Part shown: positions 12,692 to 26,713 of the stretch, piece by piece
How positions within the stretch are numbered: position 1 is the first letter of the stretch
Layout: every line of letters starts with the position of its first letter
NCBI RefSeq assembly: GCF_006345805.1
Contig: NC_043012.1
Span: 15,128,001 to 15,192,000 of the forward strand
Direction of reading: 5' to 3'
DNA length: 64,000 nt
Source: Octopus sinensis
Lineage: Eukaryota
Program-made: the position numbers and the translations under genes
The notes under the pieces: model-generated
Told to the model about the DNA's origin: nothing
Seen by the model: only the letters and a program-made list of their open reading frames with translations
Databases searched by the model: none

Positions 12692-13961
12692 CGAGGGGCG
12701 TTCAATAAGTAATCCCCCTGACCCACTTGCAGTTGTTTGATCTAGCTGAAATTTTGCATGTGCACTTATTTATACCTCTATAGATTAAGTGGCGAATTAC
12801 AGCTCTGAACTAATTGTGGTTTCTGATTTACAGGTGTTTGAACTGAGTCAAGTGTGAAATGGAGCCTGTTGAGTGTCGAGCAGTGATCTGGTTTTTGTAT
12901 TTGAAAGGACGCACACCACGGGAGACTTTTGATGAAATGAAAGTAACTTATGGTGATGATGCCCCATCATATGACCTTGTAAAACGCTGGCATTGTGAAT
13001 TCAAACATAGTCGGAACTCTGTGGAAACAGCTCCAAGATCTGGTCGCCCCCTTCTGCCGTTGATGAGACGTCTGTCCGTCAAGTTGAGGCTGCCATTTTG
13101 GAAGGTCAATGCATAACTATTCGCCAAATAGCCCATAAGGTCAAGATTAGTACCGGGTCTGTGGAAACTATCATTCATGACCATTTGCATATGCAAAAGG
13201 TGTCTGCCAGATGGATTTCCAGGTTGCTCACACCTTTCCAGAAGCAAGAACGCGTTGAGTGCTCGAGGATGAATTTGGAGATGTGCCAAGAAGATGAGTC
13301 AAAATTTTTCAAAAGACTGATAACACAGGATAAAACCTGGGTCCATCACTATGATCCATAGACCAAAACCCAGTCAATGCAGTGAAAGCACCGTGACTCA
13401 CCTCCTCCAAAGAAGGCAAGGGTGCAGCCCTCCGCTGACAAGGTTATGCTCACAGTCTTCTGGGACCAGGACGGAGTAGTGATGACAGATTTCCTGGCAA
13501 AGGGTACCACAATTACAGGAGCCTATTATGCTTCACTTTTGAGGAAATTAAGAGAAGCTATCAAAATCAAGAGGCGGGGCAAGATCAGCAAAGGCATCCT
13601 CCTCCTGCAGGACAACGCTCCGGTCCACAACTCGCGTGTCGCCAGATCAGAAGCACAGGTGTGCAGCTATGAACTCCTTCCCTTGCACCCTCTGATTTTC
13701 ACCTCTTCCCAGCCATGAAGTTGATTTTGAAAGGAAAGTGTTTCCCAGATGATGCAGCCTTGATTTCTGAAGTCACGTCGTGGTTGGAGGACCAAGCTGG
13801 GGTCTTCTACAAAAACGGTCTCCAGAGCTGTATCAAACGATGGGAGAAATGCATAACTCTGGGTAGTTCCTATGTAGGAAAAGACTAATAACTGTGCCAA
13901 GTGTCGTTGCTCTACTGCTATGGGAAGTGGGTCAGGGGCATTACTTATTGAACGCCCCTCG
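12692..13961 (+). mobile_element. Full-length decayed mariner (DD34D) transposon
   Basis: TIRs CGAGGGGCGTTCAATAAGTAAT...ATTACTTATTGAACGCCCCTCG in (TA)n; transposase from 12859 in pieces (WISRLL, ITQDKTWVHHYDP, QDNAPVH) with frameshifts, a stop and a deletion in the YSPDL region. Confidence 0.95.
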
Positions 13962-13971
13962 TATATATATA

Positions 13972-15190
13972 CCATAAAGATCCATGTAAATTGCGCAGGT
14001 GATTTTCATGATATAATTTGTTAGAAAAAGCTTCTACTCATGTAAAATTCGCACCCAAAAGTTTTCAGAATTGCTGATAAAGCCAGTGGAAAAAGGTTTT
14101 CAATTTAGTTGTATTTAGCATAATTTCACTTACTTATGATTAGATTTTATTAAATTTTCCTTAAATACAAATAATTTCTATTTAACGGGTATCACACTGA
14201 AAGCTATTAAATTACAAAGTGTTTGTTTTGCTGTTTGTAATAAACTACATTTTACATTTCTTGCCCACAAGAGATTATGTCCGATCTTTAGCATACTGCT
14301 GTATGTCTTCTCAAATCATAATCACAGGAAAAGTTGTTGATAAGAATTATCAACAAAAACAAAGCTGATAAATACGCACAGGTGTTGCAAATTAAGTTTA
14401 ATTACCAATGAATGGATGACATTTTACTCAACTGATAGAGGAAGGTGACCAATCAAACTGATTATGTAAGCAGAATTCTTTTCTACCTATCCTTGTTGGA
14501 ACCTTTGATACAGAGTATCGAAATTTTAATCCCTTTCATACTTATAAAATGTCAAACAAACTTTGAAATTTGTCATTACTGTTATTGTCAGTATGGGCAG
14601 AACTTATGAATCGTTTACTGTGAAGGAGAAATTAAATATGTTGAATATGCATTTGAACGGTGGCAAAAGAGCCAATGTTCAAAATTGGCGTAAACAGTAG
14701 GACAAACTTAAAACTGTGCCTAGGAATAAACAGGCAAAAATAAAACATACAATCAAGATTATCCATATCATTACATTTTTTTCAGTCAGGAATGTCAATA
14801 TCATTATGTATGTCAATGGTGCTCCATTGCGATAGGTGGAAACTCCAAGCAATGTAAAACATGGCCCAGACCGTGATTACCAGCATGAATGTCAGACTTC
14901 AAAAAGTAGTTAACCATTTAATGGTTTTAGTAAATTTATACAGAAAAAGTAAGCATTATACCACCCAGCATAAATAAAAGTCAACTTCATATACAAGCCA
15001 TTATTTTTTCTGTAAAAACCTTTTCTGACATTAAATGAGTCAACTTCTGGTACAAATGTTTATGTTTTGTACGTCTTTTCTCAACAAAAATATTTTTTTT
15101 AATTCTGGAAACAATCTACTCATGTAATTTACTCACCCACTAAAGTTTATTTTTGCAAAAAAAAGTGTGTAAATTACATAGGTTTCATAT
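13972..15190 (+). mobile_element. Ancient pogo/Tc2-like DNA transposon remnant
   Basis: 14593-14750 translates with frameshifts to MGRTYESFTVKEKL..VEYA..NVQNWRKQ.DKLKTVP, a Brinker-type HTH; weak TIR-like ends. Confidence 0.5.
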
Positions 15191-15204
15191 ATATCAAAAT
15201 TTGC

Positions 15205-15810
15205 CTTTAACAGTTGAAATATGTGACAAACATATTACAACTAACTTAAATTGTGATTATACGTAAGCACTGCTTTGTGCCATCACTTGGTCAGTTTTCT
15301 CAGTCAGGCTTCTTCCAGTTTTCGTCTACCAAATCCACTCACAAGGCTTTGGCCAGCCTGAGGCTATAGTAGAACACATGAGCACAAATCAGTCAACATG
15401 TAGGCTGAATGATATATAAAGCTATAAGCTTTATTTAGTCCATTGAAAGACACCTCTCTTAGGTAAACTCATCAACAAGTGTCAACAAACTCAAAACATC
15501 GATGTCTGAGATTGCCAACAGGTGGTGACGCTGAACAAACTGGATGATTTCACACCTTTTTACCATAAGAGAGATTATTTTCTCCATGGTAACTGTAGTG
15601 TATTTGCCATTAGCAGTTGAAATACATGACAAACATATTTCAACTAACCTAAATTGTGATTATACATAAACACTGCTTAGTGCAATTACTCTGATATATA
15701 TATGGTGGGGGGAGGGCAAACACAGACACATACACGAGAGGCTTCTTCCAGTTTTCGTCTACCAAATCCACTCGCAAGGCTTTGGCCAGCCTGAGGCTAT
15801 AGTAGAAGAC
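15205..15810 (+). repeat. Local direct duplication (~15205-15375 and ~15612-15810)
   Basis: Shared agttgaaata..caactaac..gattata block followed by the same SINE junction. Confidence 0.7.
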
Positions 15811-16429
15811 ACTTGCCTAAAGTGCCACACAGTGGGACTGAACCTAAGACTACATGATTAGGAAGCAAGTTTCTGACCACACAGCTACACCTGCACATAT
15901 GCAGTTCATAATTCTTCTCACTAAGTTGTGAGTCAATCTGTGATTGAGAAAATTCAAAGGTTGTTTCCAAGCGTTTGGCTGATTCTTGTGGAAAACATTC
16001 ACAAAAGCATAAGTAAGATCTCCATTAACTTGTTCAGTGTCTCATTGATATTTAGACATCTGGGACCCATACTAAGAATCAACTGGAAATCATCTATTTC
16101 CTAAATAACAGACTCTGGAGTAAGACATTCTAACTCATAGGAATTCATTAGACCAACTAAATGTGAATAGATCCAGTTTTTCTTTGGGGAAATAAGGACT
16201 GTGAAAGCTAAGTTCCTTTTGCATTGAAGATATTTACAGTCTCTAACCAACTGAAGTCTCTGATAACCATTGTGCCAAGTAAACTATTATTATTCCACTT
16301 TAGAAAGGAACAGATTGTGTAGTGGGGATCTGCATACATAATACAGTAAAGTTAGCAGTCTTGAGTGAGCATTAATCAATATCCAATTATAATATCACAA
16401 TTCTTGGTCCGAGACAGGTTATCTATTTG

Positions 16430-16610
16430 AAGAGTGCAGCTGTGTAAAAAAGTGCCGGAAGCTGTGGTAGAGGTAGTCTCAGGAAGACATGGGACGAGGT
16501 GGTGAAGCATGATCTTTGGACTTTCGAACTAACAGAGGCAATGACTAGTGACAGAGACTGTTAGTGATATGCTGTGCTTAAGAAGACCCGTCAAGCCAAG
16601 TGAAATTGTA
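16430..16610 (+). mobile_element. RTE LINE 3' fragment
   Basis: Matches the 3' end of the 30365-31700 element (aggaagacatgggacgaggtggtgaag...gcaatgactagtgac). Confidence 0.75.
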
Positions 16611-18713
16611 ATTGTGGCTGATGCTGGTGTCATGTAACTTGCACCCATGCCAGTGGCACGTAAAAAGCACCTTTGAAGCATTGGGCCTCATGGATGCAAA
16701 GTGGCTGAGTTCCTTTTGAATGTTGGGCCTCGTCTAGGCAATGACCGAGACCTTCAGCATTATATCATGATTGAGAAGAAGACTCATCAAGCCAAGTGAA
16801 ATTGCAGTCATGGCAGATACCAGTGTCACACAAATGGCACCTGCGCTGGTGGCACATAAAAGCACCCATTACACTCACGGAGTGGTTGGCATTAGGAAGG
16901 GCATTCAGCTGTAGAACCCATGCCAAATCAGACTGGAGTCTGGTGCAGCCTTCCAGCTTGCCAGCCCTGGTCAAACCGTCCAACCCATGCCAGCACAGAC
17001 AATGGATGCTAAATGAGGGTGATGATGATGATGATGATGAGGAGGAGGAAGAAGAATACCAAGTAATGCAGTGTATTGGTTTATATTATAAATCAAAGTT
17101 GATGCTGATCTGATGGTGGTTGATGCATAGTTATTATTGCTTTAAATAAAAGAGGAGTCTATATGTGGTCACACAACCGGCTGAAAATGGCAGTCAAAAT
17201 TTCCTATGTCTGAAATAAAAATAAGATGGAGGTGGCTGGAGTGCCTTTGATTGTAAGGTCTTCTCAGAAAGGGTTAACCTGGGGTTAAACAACAACAACA
17301 TTGCAATCAAATTAAAATATTATTCTACTTTCACATGATCTTCTATATTTTACCTACCCCTACTTATCCATAATCCTGTCACACAGAAAGAGGCCATCAT
17401 ATTCATTTCCTCTGGAGTATTACTTATCCCACCCCCCACCCCATATCTCTGTGACAACACTTTCCAACTTCTCAAAATGTTACAGTGCCACACTCCACCC
17501 GACTACACATCAAAATAAAAGCCATTATTTGTGAAATGCATGAGAAGAGGCAAAGTGTTGAGCAAATGCTTTTGGTATTTACTTACAGCTCTTTACAAAT
17601 TTGCTTGTCGTCCTGATGAGATTTCTTGTTCAAATAAGTACTAGTATGATATATTTTAACTGTGTCCTCTCACCCAAATTCAAGACTTTGTGCTTATCTT
17701 CAAAATTAATTCTTGAATAAAATAAGAAAAATAGGCAATGACCGAGGGATCCTATGCCACAAAATATAGTTTATTTTAGAAGCCAAATGAGGCAGCCTCA
17801 ATATGGTTGCTTGACCTGCTACAAATAATAAGTCTCTCTTAATCTGAAGATTAGTGTGTTAAAAAAGGAGTAAAGTCATGAACTGATGGTTCTTGGAGAA
17901 AAAAAAAGTCAGGATGATCCTGGCAGGGTCACTTTTGAACCTTTTAGCATTCAGATCACTTTGTCAAAAGTAACACTTATTTGCAGCGTTTTGAATTGAT
18001 CATGAATTACCTCATAGCTTTGAGATTCTAATGATGTGACTGTTTATTTTTAAAATGACATTGTAGAGTAGGTGTGAAAGGCCAGATCTGGTTGATCCAA
18101 AGATAAAACTGATAAAAAATTGGGGCTGGATATGGCTGCTTTAAATCCAAAAGGCTTAATCAAATATCTGCTTGATCAGGGCTGACTTGGAGCTAAGAAT
18201 TAACTGCACTATTGATAAGCCTGATGATCTTGAAACAGAACCACAAAACCTGATTAAGGAATCAAATAGAAGGCGGTTTGTTTCAATAGAATTATCTCCA
18301 TGTAATTTAAACTACAGGATATAGAAATTAATGTTCTATTTCTCAAAGTCTGCTGGGTGGTTGATGTTAGGAAGGGCATCCAGCCATAGAAACCCTGCCA
18401 AAACAGACACAGAAATCTGGTGCAGGCTTCTGTTAAACCATCTAACCCATGTCAGCATGCAAGGCCTAATATTAAACAATGATGATGATGATTCTTCATA
18501 TCTTTTATTATCATTTGTTTCAGTCGCTGGACTGTGGCCATGCTGGAACACTGCTTTGAAGGGTTTCAATCAAACAAGTCGACCCCAGTAATAACCTGGA
18601 TATGAATAACAGTAATATATTTATACATGTTAAGGTGGTGAGCTGGCAGAATTGTTAGCATGCCAGACAAAATGCTTAGTAGCATTTCTTCTGGTTTTGC
18701 ATTCAAAGTGTAA

Positions 18714-18936
18714 CCCTTTCGATACCAACCCCAGCTGAAACCACCTCTGGCTCTGTAGTACAAATGTCTTCTTTTCATAAGTTCTGAATTAAAATCTTCC
18801 ACCAAACCATAGCCACAGTTTATGTTCCTAACACTAGCTGAATGATAACTAAGTTACTTTACTAAATTCTTTGTTATATTTAAAATTAATTGAAAGAAAC
18901 ACAGAGCATCTCAAAATAAATATGGTAATGAAAGGG
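18714..18936. mobile_element. piggyBac-like MITE copy
   Basis: Reverse-orientation copy of 41606-41825, GTAA/TTAA flanks. Confidence 0.8.
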
Positions 18937-19004
18937 TTAAATGCCAGAGGTTGATTTTGCATTTCCTCTTTTCAGAGTCAATAGAATAAGTTGCAGTTGA
19001 GAAA

Positions 19005-20358
19005 TGGGGTCAATGTAATCAACTCACCCTGTCCCTATAAAATGACTGGCTTTGTGCCAAAATTAGAAAAAATATTTTAAGGTATGTTGAGTGATGTAGA
19101 ATGAGTAATAAGTGTCCCAATGATCTGGGGCCACCAGCTTCTCTTCATTCCAATTCTCTTACTGGTTTCTGTCAGAAGACTGTGGCCATACTGGGGCATA
19201 CTATCTTCAAGGATTTCACTATTTATCAACTTTCAAAGGTATTTCAGCCAGGAACTTACTATTTCATCAACCTCTATTTATTTGAGTGTTGAAATTACCT
19301 TTTAGTGTTTAACTCGACATACCATTTTACAAACACATATAAGCTTACAAACAGTACTGGACTTCTTATCTGTCGTTTAGAAATCTGGAATTCCTAGAAA
19401 TCGAAGAATACTCAGCAGTAAGAACTAATACACTGAATTTTGTTCTACTCAAAGCATTTAAGCTTGTGTTCATATCATCTCTCTTTCTCATGTTCTTCCC
19501 TCTGGCTGGGTAACCACATAACTCCTCTCAGCAAGACACCTGTTTTTGTCTCTCTGTTGCACTCTGACCTTTCATCATCTGGCACAAGATCACCCCCTCC
19601 CTTCTCAAAGGGATTTTTGTCTTGCAAGTTATTTGGTGACCCTGCCAGTGCTAAAAAGTACACAGTCCACTCTGCAGGGTGGCTAGTGTTGGGAAGGGTA
19701 TCTAACTGTAAAAACCATACCAAAACACACACAAAAAATCTGTCAGGCAAGCTCCTGTCTAACTCATGCCAGCATGGAAAACGGATGTTAAACGATGATG
19801 ATGATGACTAAACAATACCATGCAAAACACTGTACCCTGTATTGAGTCAACAGATGCTATTTTGGAAATTGGTTAATTTATACATGGGGTGTTGAAAATA
19901 TGTTGTTGTATGGTCATTTTGCCAGTTTAGCCAATAAAATAGTTATTTTTAGTCAAAATGAAACGGGTGTTTTTTTTGTTTAGCTGGGTACATATTTTAT
20001 TGGTCTCTTTTGCCAAACCGCAAAGTTACACGAACACAGACACACCAACACCAGTTGGTAAAAGGTAATTTCAACTCTCAAATAAATAGGGGTTGATAAA
20101 ATAGTAAGTTCCTGACTGAAATACCTTTGAAAGTTTATACCAAGTGAAATCCTTGAAGATAGTATGCCCCAGTATGGCCACAGTCTTCTGACTGAAACCA
20201 GTAAAAGAATTGGAATGAAGAGAAGCTGGTGGACTCAGATCACTGGGACACTTATTACTCATTCTACATCACTCAACATACCTTAAAATATTTTTTCTAA
20301 TTTTGGCACAAAGCCAGTCATTTTATAGGGAGCGGGTAAGTTGATTACATTGACCCCA
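19005..20358. repeat. ~300 bp inverted duplication (19005-19303 / 20060-20358)
   Basis: Arms align end to end including non-SINE linker sequence, about 85-90% identical by eye. Confidence 0.92.
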
Positions 20359-22429
20359 GTGCTCAATAAGGTAAACCCTGTCAGGCCATGCTAGTGCTAT
20401 AAGCAGGAACAGCTTAAATGTCATAGTGGTAAATGAACACCACTTGTAGAAATAGAAGATAAAATACTAAAATTAGATCGTACTAAAATTAGTTGCAGCT
20501 TTGTAGTTAAGTGTGTTCTATGACTCATTGTGAATGGGTATCCCCCGATAGATGTTGTTTACTTTTGCTTTTAATCACACACATACAAAAAAAAAATAAT
20601 TGTGATGAAACAAATGTGATGAACCCAGCTCTTTGTCTTGTAAATGAGCAAGACCTAGACTCTTTGCAGTTGAGGAAATTGATAATATTTATTCTTCAGA
20701 TGAAGAGTTTATACTTCCACCAGCAATGAAAGCGATTTGGACAAACTGATGAAAGAGATGAGGAAATTAGCAATTTGGGTGAACAAATACAGCAGTTGAG
20801 AGATGGGCCTATTATTGTTATTCTCCTGAATATTGTGTGATTTTTTGACTCAGGTGCCAAACTATAGGGTAATGTTCGACACAGCAGCCCAGGTCTGAAA
20901 GTGATAAACATATTCCGCTTTAAAACTGTATTAATTTATACCTGGATCTGTTAAACAAAATCATGTTCTTTGTTTTTCTTTATTTTATTTTCATCCTATA
21001 AACATTATATTGTATACATGGTACAGCATGATATATTTTAAGAATTTTAAGGGGATTAGTCATTATTAGACCCTGCTTTAGAAATGTATCAATTTGAATC
21101 TGCTAAATACAATTTAGTTCTTCACTTTTCATAGGTTATTTTATAAGTATTTATTTAGATTATCTCCAGAAACCTGGAAAATTCAGAAATCTGGGACAAT
21201 TCCAGTCCCAAGCTTGCTTGAATATTCGTCTAATGCTGTGTATATTTATTTATATGATAAGCTTCATCACACTCCGTACCACATAGTTGCAAAGTGAACT
21301 TTTTAACCACATGAATATACACCATAGAAAAAGAACTCAAGTCACACAGTGTCACGTCATAATATCTTCAACTTGATATCTTCTTGCATGTATCTAAGGA
21401 ACTAATGTTTTCGAATTAAATATATGGTGAAAACTTAACAGCACAAAAGTTTAGTTTTTAAATATTCCAGATGTGGGCCATTCAAATTCAGAGACACAAA
21501 AAGAAGGGAAGTGGTAGGATGACACAGAAAAGCGGTGCTTATTATAACTGTAAATTATCAAAGATTAGGATGAACCAATCAATTGACCAAGATATTAAAA
21601 CTATTAGGTTCAGAACTTTAATTGCCCGTGTTTTTAGAGAGGGTAATGCTGCCTTCTCATATCTTATAGAAGAACATTCATTGAACAAGCTGACAAGAGA
21701 GATTTCTACATAGTTATACAAATTGCTAGAAATAGCAACCAAATGCCCCTCAAATTACACCCTACTGTTTTTTTTTACCCTTGTTTTTAAGGACACAGTG
21801 GAATGTATTGTTCAAAGTACACTACACCAGAAAAATGTTGGAATGGTCATAGTCACATACAGCCAACTTCACAACACAAAGTGCAACCAACAAAAATTCA
21901 GTTTATCTATACACACACATTCAAACATGAGGATTTTCAAAGTTATTTTTTCTTTCATGCAAACAGACACTTGAGATACTGTATAAAGTAAACAGGCTTC
22001 AACAAGTGGCAAGATGCTGCCATTCAAACAAGCCAGCGGGGAAACATGTGATCAAGAGAAAGGTTTCCTAAATTATTTTCTTTCTTTCTTTCTTGCATTT
22101 TAGGAAGAGAATGTGTATATTAATTTTGCTTGACTGAATCATATAAGATTTTCAGGCTATTATGCTTTTATTTTACCAACACCATTTCTAGCTCATGAAT
22201 AAAATTGAAAAAATTATGGAAAAATCTGAATTCCTCTGTAAGTTTGATAATTATATGAAAAAGGAGATGGGGGTGAGACATATTTTTGGCCCAATAAATA
22301 AATTTGAAAAAATTATGGAAAAACCAGAATTCCTCCACAAGTATGTGAAAAAGAAACTTGGTTCCTGTCCATAGACCATGGGGTACGGGCACATTTTTGG
22401 GTCCCATGAATAAAATTACATAAAAACCT

Positions 22430-22945
22430 GAATTCCCTTGCTGCAACAGTCTGCCATGCCAAGCATTAGAGAAGACTTTGAAGACGAGGAGTTTTATTTT
22501 CAGCAAGAGAGGGCATCCCCACACTACCATCGCAATGTTAGATCCTTACTTGGTGAGATTTTACCAAACAGGTGGATTGGACGAAGGGGTTTCATTGAAT
22601 ACCCTCCACATTCACCAGACCTCACACTGCTAGACTTCTTTTTTTTATGGGGATACCTAAAAGAAAGTCTATGCTATGAAACCTGCAACAGTTGCTGATT
22701 TGAGAGCAGCCATTGAACGTGAATGCACACAAATACCAAAAGAATTGTTTTGATATGTTTGTGATTCCATTGCTTTGCATTGGCAGCAGTGCCTGCACCA
22801 GAACAGATGTCAGTTTGAAAACAGGCATTGATAAAACAATAAAATAATGTCTGTAGATTCTATTAAATTTTTAAAATGGAATGTATTTTAATAAACACCT
22901 TAACAATTGATTAAAGTGTGTATACATTTTGGGGGGACACTTTGT
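22430..22945 (+). mobile_element. Tc1/mariner maT (DD37D-like) 3' remnant
   Basis: FYFQQERASPHY..RWIGRRGFIEYPPHSPDLTLLDFFFLWGYLK followed by a TIR-like end (tacatttttgggggacactttgta). Confidence 0.8.
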
Positions 22946-22947
22946 AC

Positions 22948-22996
<49 letters not shown>

Positions 22997-24155
22997 CAAT
23001 AATCTGGGAGATTTTTCTTACAGTAAAAGAAATAGCTAAAATTTTTGGCTGCTATTTCTAAAAAGTTTGGTGTGTGGTAAAGTAAATTATTTTACTGAAC
23101 CCTATTTTTATATTGTAATGTATATATATATTTATATATATATATATCATCATCATCATCATTTAACGTCCGTTTTCCATGCAAGCATGGGTTGGACGGT
23201 TCGACCGGGGATCTGGGAAGCCAGGAGGCTGCACCAGGCTCCAGTCTGATCTGGCAGAGTTTCTACAGCTGGATGCCCTTCCTAACGCCAACCACTCCGT
23301 GAGTGTAGTGGCTGCTTTTTACGTGCCACCTGCACATTAGAAAAAGAAATTAATTTTTTTTTTTAATTAAATGAAGTGGAGGGGAAATAGATTGCTAAAA
23401 GAAAAAAACATGGTTGATGGATTCAAGAAGCCTTCGATGGGGGTCAGGTGGAAAATGGTGTACTGCAAGGAATTATTCTGCTTCTTGTTTTAATACAGGG
23501 TCATTCAAAAGTCGCCATACATAAGAACAAGATATTTTTTTATACTCTTTTACTTGTTTCAGTCATTTGACTGTGGCCATGCTGGAGCAACGCCTTTAGT
23601 TGAGCAAATTGACCTCAGGACTTATTCTTTGTAAGCCTACTACCTATTATATCAGTCTATTTTGCCGAATCGCTAAGTTACAGGGACGTAAACATTGTCA
23701 AGCAATGTTGGGGGGACAAGCACAGACACACACACATATATATATATATACATGTATACGATGGGCTTCTTTCAGTTTCCGTCTACCAAATCCACTCACA
23801 AATCTTTGGTTGGCCCGAGGCTATAGTAGAAGACACTTGCCCAAGGTGCCACACAGTGGGACTGAACCCGGAACCATGTGGTTGGTAATCAAGCTACTTA
23901 CCACACAGCCACTCATACGCCTACAAAAAGGAGGCAAAGTCAGCCACAGCGGAATTTGAACTCAAAACCTGGAGCTAGATGAAGTGCCACTAAGTCATTT
24001 CGCTGAGAGCACTGATAGAGGGACATACAAAGAATGAGACAGAGATAGATAAATTGAGAGGTGAGCCAAGAGAGAGAATTTGATGGTTGACAGAGAGACA
24101 ATACAAGAGGTTTTTTTTTCATGTGGTGAGATGAGAGATGGTGAGCACCAAGGCG

Positions 24156-24506
24156 CTATTCTGCCTCCTGTTTCTCTTGAACAGCTTCCTTGAATCTTTC
24201 TTGCAGCAAAGAGAACTCGCTGAGCAGATCGGTGATGGCGTTGGTGAAGGCCTCCTGTGGTGTGTAGTCTGGGGTGGTTTGGATGCGGAGAACAAACTTG
24301 TGTTCCAACGGGTGGGGGATCTTGTAGCCAGCAAAGAGATTGTGTGGATCTTTCAATAGTTGGGTTGTTATTAAGTTGCCGAGGGTGTGGTCTTCTTTGT
24401 TGACTGTGAAAATAGCAGCATTCGGCACTTTCGTATCTTTCTCAATGATAATTTTCTTTTCTCCATCGTAGAGCAAGAAACTTTCAAAAGTCGGTGGAGC
24501 ATTCAT
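24156..24506 (-). CDS. POLR2J: RNA polymerase II subunit RPB11, intronless intact ORF (116 aa), probable retrocopy
   Basis: [18 protein letters not shown]...[10 protein letters not shown]...[35 protein letters not shown] is unambiguous RPB11; ATG 24506, TAG 24156, no introns, SINE-derived flanks. Confidence 0.95.
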   Translation of the reverse strand: MNAPPTFESFLLYDGEKKIIIEKDTKVPNAAIFTVNKEDHTLGNLITTQLLKDPHNLFAGYKIPHPLEHKFVLRIQTTPDYTPQEAFTNAITDLLSEFSLLQERFKEAVQEKQEAE

Positions 24507-26713
24507 GACGCCTGATCGTCGTCGTCGTCTCTTGATATATTGGTGTGTGTGTTTCTTGACCATCACCATCAGTTGACAACAAGTGCCACTGTATTTACAT
24601 CCCTGTAACTTAGCAGTTAGGCAACAGAGACTGATAGAATATGTACCAGGCTTCAAGAAAAAAAAAGTACTAGGGTCAGTTCATTCAACTAAAAACTCTT
24701 CAAAGTAGTGCCCCAGCATGATTGCAGTCTGATAACTGAAACATGTTAAAAATACATATATCTTCTATCTATAATAATAAAAGCAAAACTTTGTCCGTCT
24801 GAGACCCCTGAACCTCACACTACATCTGCTCTACAGACATGTTATGCCTTTTTTGAATCAGGATGATCCCAAGATTGAAAATCTGCCCTTCATCTGGTTC
24901 TTGAACATTCAGCATTGGGATATGATTTAAAAGCATTTGGGTTGCTTTTTTTAGCAGGTAAAGCTTGGCTGATTCATGCCATCTTGGTTGGTGTTTGTCA
25001 GATAACATCAGAGATCAAAGCGGAGATAAAAGACATTTGGTTTGTTAATTTTACATCAAGATAAGAACTTTGGGACAAATTGGCCAACAGTTGGAATTCA
25101 ACTTGGGACTGGAACAAATGAATGATTGCATTACAGAATTAATTCTCATCCGCCCCTAACCTTTTATCAAACACCACCGGGGCATATAGTTGTAGAAAGA
25201 CATGAAGGAACTACTTTGTTGCTGTGGCTATACTCAATTGTGCTTTGGCAGATGCCAGCCAGTCAAAGTTGGCAATGTAGTAATACAAGTATCAATTTCC
25301 GCCTAACCATAAAATGCACCTATTTTGAAAGAGGTAAACCAGTTGCAGCAGCCCTGACAGCAATGGAACAATGTTTACCAAAGTGCATCACTGCTTCTAT
25401 ATTCACATCCACCTTGGAGTGTTGCTGATTTTACCTCTCTAGAATCAACATCACCCTTATCTACTATGCTTCTTTTACACTGTTCCTCCTCGTTTAACCC
25501 CCACGGTTAAATACCGAGTAAGTCATGTAAATTAATCAATATCTCACTACATGTTCCTCATTCTACCAGTTTGCATTACACCCTTTGCAACATTCTCATT
25601 CAAACATACAAATTAATGTTTATATGATCTTTTTGCTAAGAACTTAACAGTTCAAAATAAATGACTATTTTTCTTAAACAAAAAACACGCCTTGAGAGAG
25701 CTTGCATCCGAGCTAGTGGAGCACTAAGAGCACCATCTGAGTGTGATCATTGCCAGAGCAGCTAACGGGCTTCCGTGCTGGTGGCACGTAAAAAGTACCA
25801 TTCGAGCGTGATCGTTACCAGCATCGCTTTACTGGCACGTGAAAAAACATTCAAGCGAGGTCAGTGCCAGTGCCACTGAACTGGCTCCAGTTCAGGTTGC
25901 ACATAAAAAACACCTTTTGAGCGTGCCCATTTGCCAGTACCACCTAACTGGCCCTTGTGCTGGTGGCATGTAAAATCACCCACTACACTCTTGGAGTGGT
26001 TGGCGTTAGGAAGGGCATCCAGTAGTAGAAACTCTGCCAGATCAGATTGGAGCCTGGTGCAGCCATCTGGTTCATCAGTCCAACCCATGCTAGCATGGAA
26101 AGTAGACGTTAAACGATGATGCCTTCTGATATTTATTCAACATATACTTTTGAACCCAGTAATATGTCTTCCAATGCTAAATAGTCATTATAGATGTATT
26201 ATAATCATGCTATTTAGCTCTCTTAGTTTTTGGTTGCAGGTCTAATTAGCCCTCCAGAGGAGCTAGGTCAAAAGTCCACACAGAGTGTGGCTTTTAAGTT
26301 AGTGTGTATATATATATACACATACCTATATGTATATATATCTGTAACTGATCAAGGGAGGTCATTTTGGTGGTGGAGGAGTGTGACACTAAAGAACAAA
26401 AATGACCATGAAATACCCATATCTGTCACTCTCTTTCAGTTATGGGGTAATTTCGTTTTCACTTAGCCTCAAGGTATTCTGTATTTTTCAACACAATATG
26501 TTTTTGAAGGAGTCTCCCCAGTACAGCAACTTCAGTGTTTAACCACACACAGTGTCATATTGATGAACGGCAACGCGAAACTAAGAGTAACAGGTTCTGT
26601 TGAATTTTCTGCTGCTTTAAATAAAGTATATATATATATATATATATATATAACCCATGCTAGCATGGAAAACGAACGCTAAACGATGATGATGATGATG
26701 ATATATATATATA

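Noticed and set aside
15900-16300. Protein-like translation on - strand (WIYSHLVGLMNSYELECLTPESVI*EIDDFQLIL...)
   Set aside because: Contains stops, no motif I recognise and no convincing splice sites; needs BLASTX before any claim.
24507-24656. 50-aa N-terminal extension on RPB11 in the ORF track
   Set aside because: It starts at TTG within antisense SINE sequence; homology begins at MNAPP (24506).
24780-25560. Non-repetitive-looking block after a Helitron-like TC start, with a faint Walker-A-like AGKAWLIHAIL
   Set aside because: Similarity is too weak, with multiple stops in all frames.
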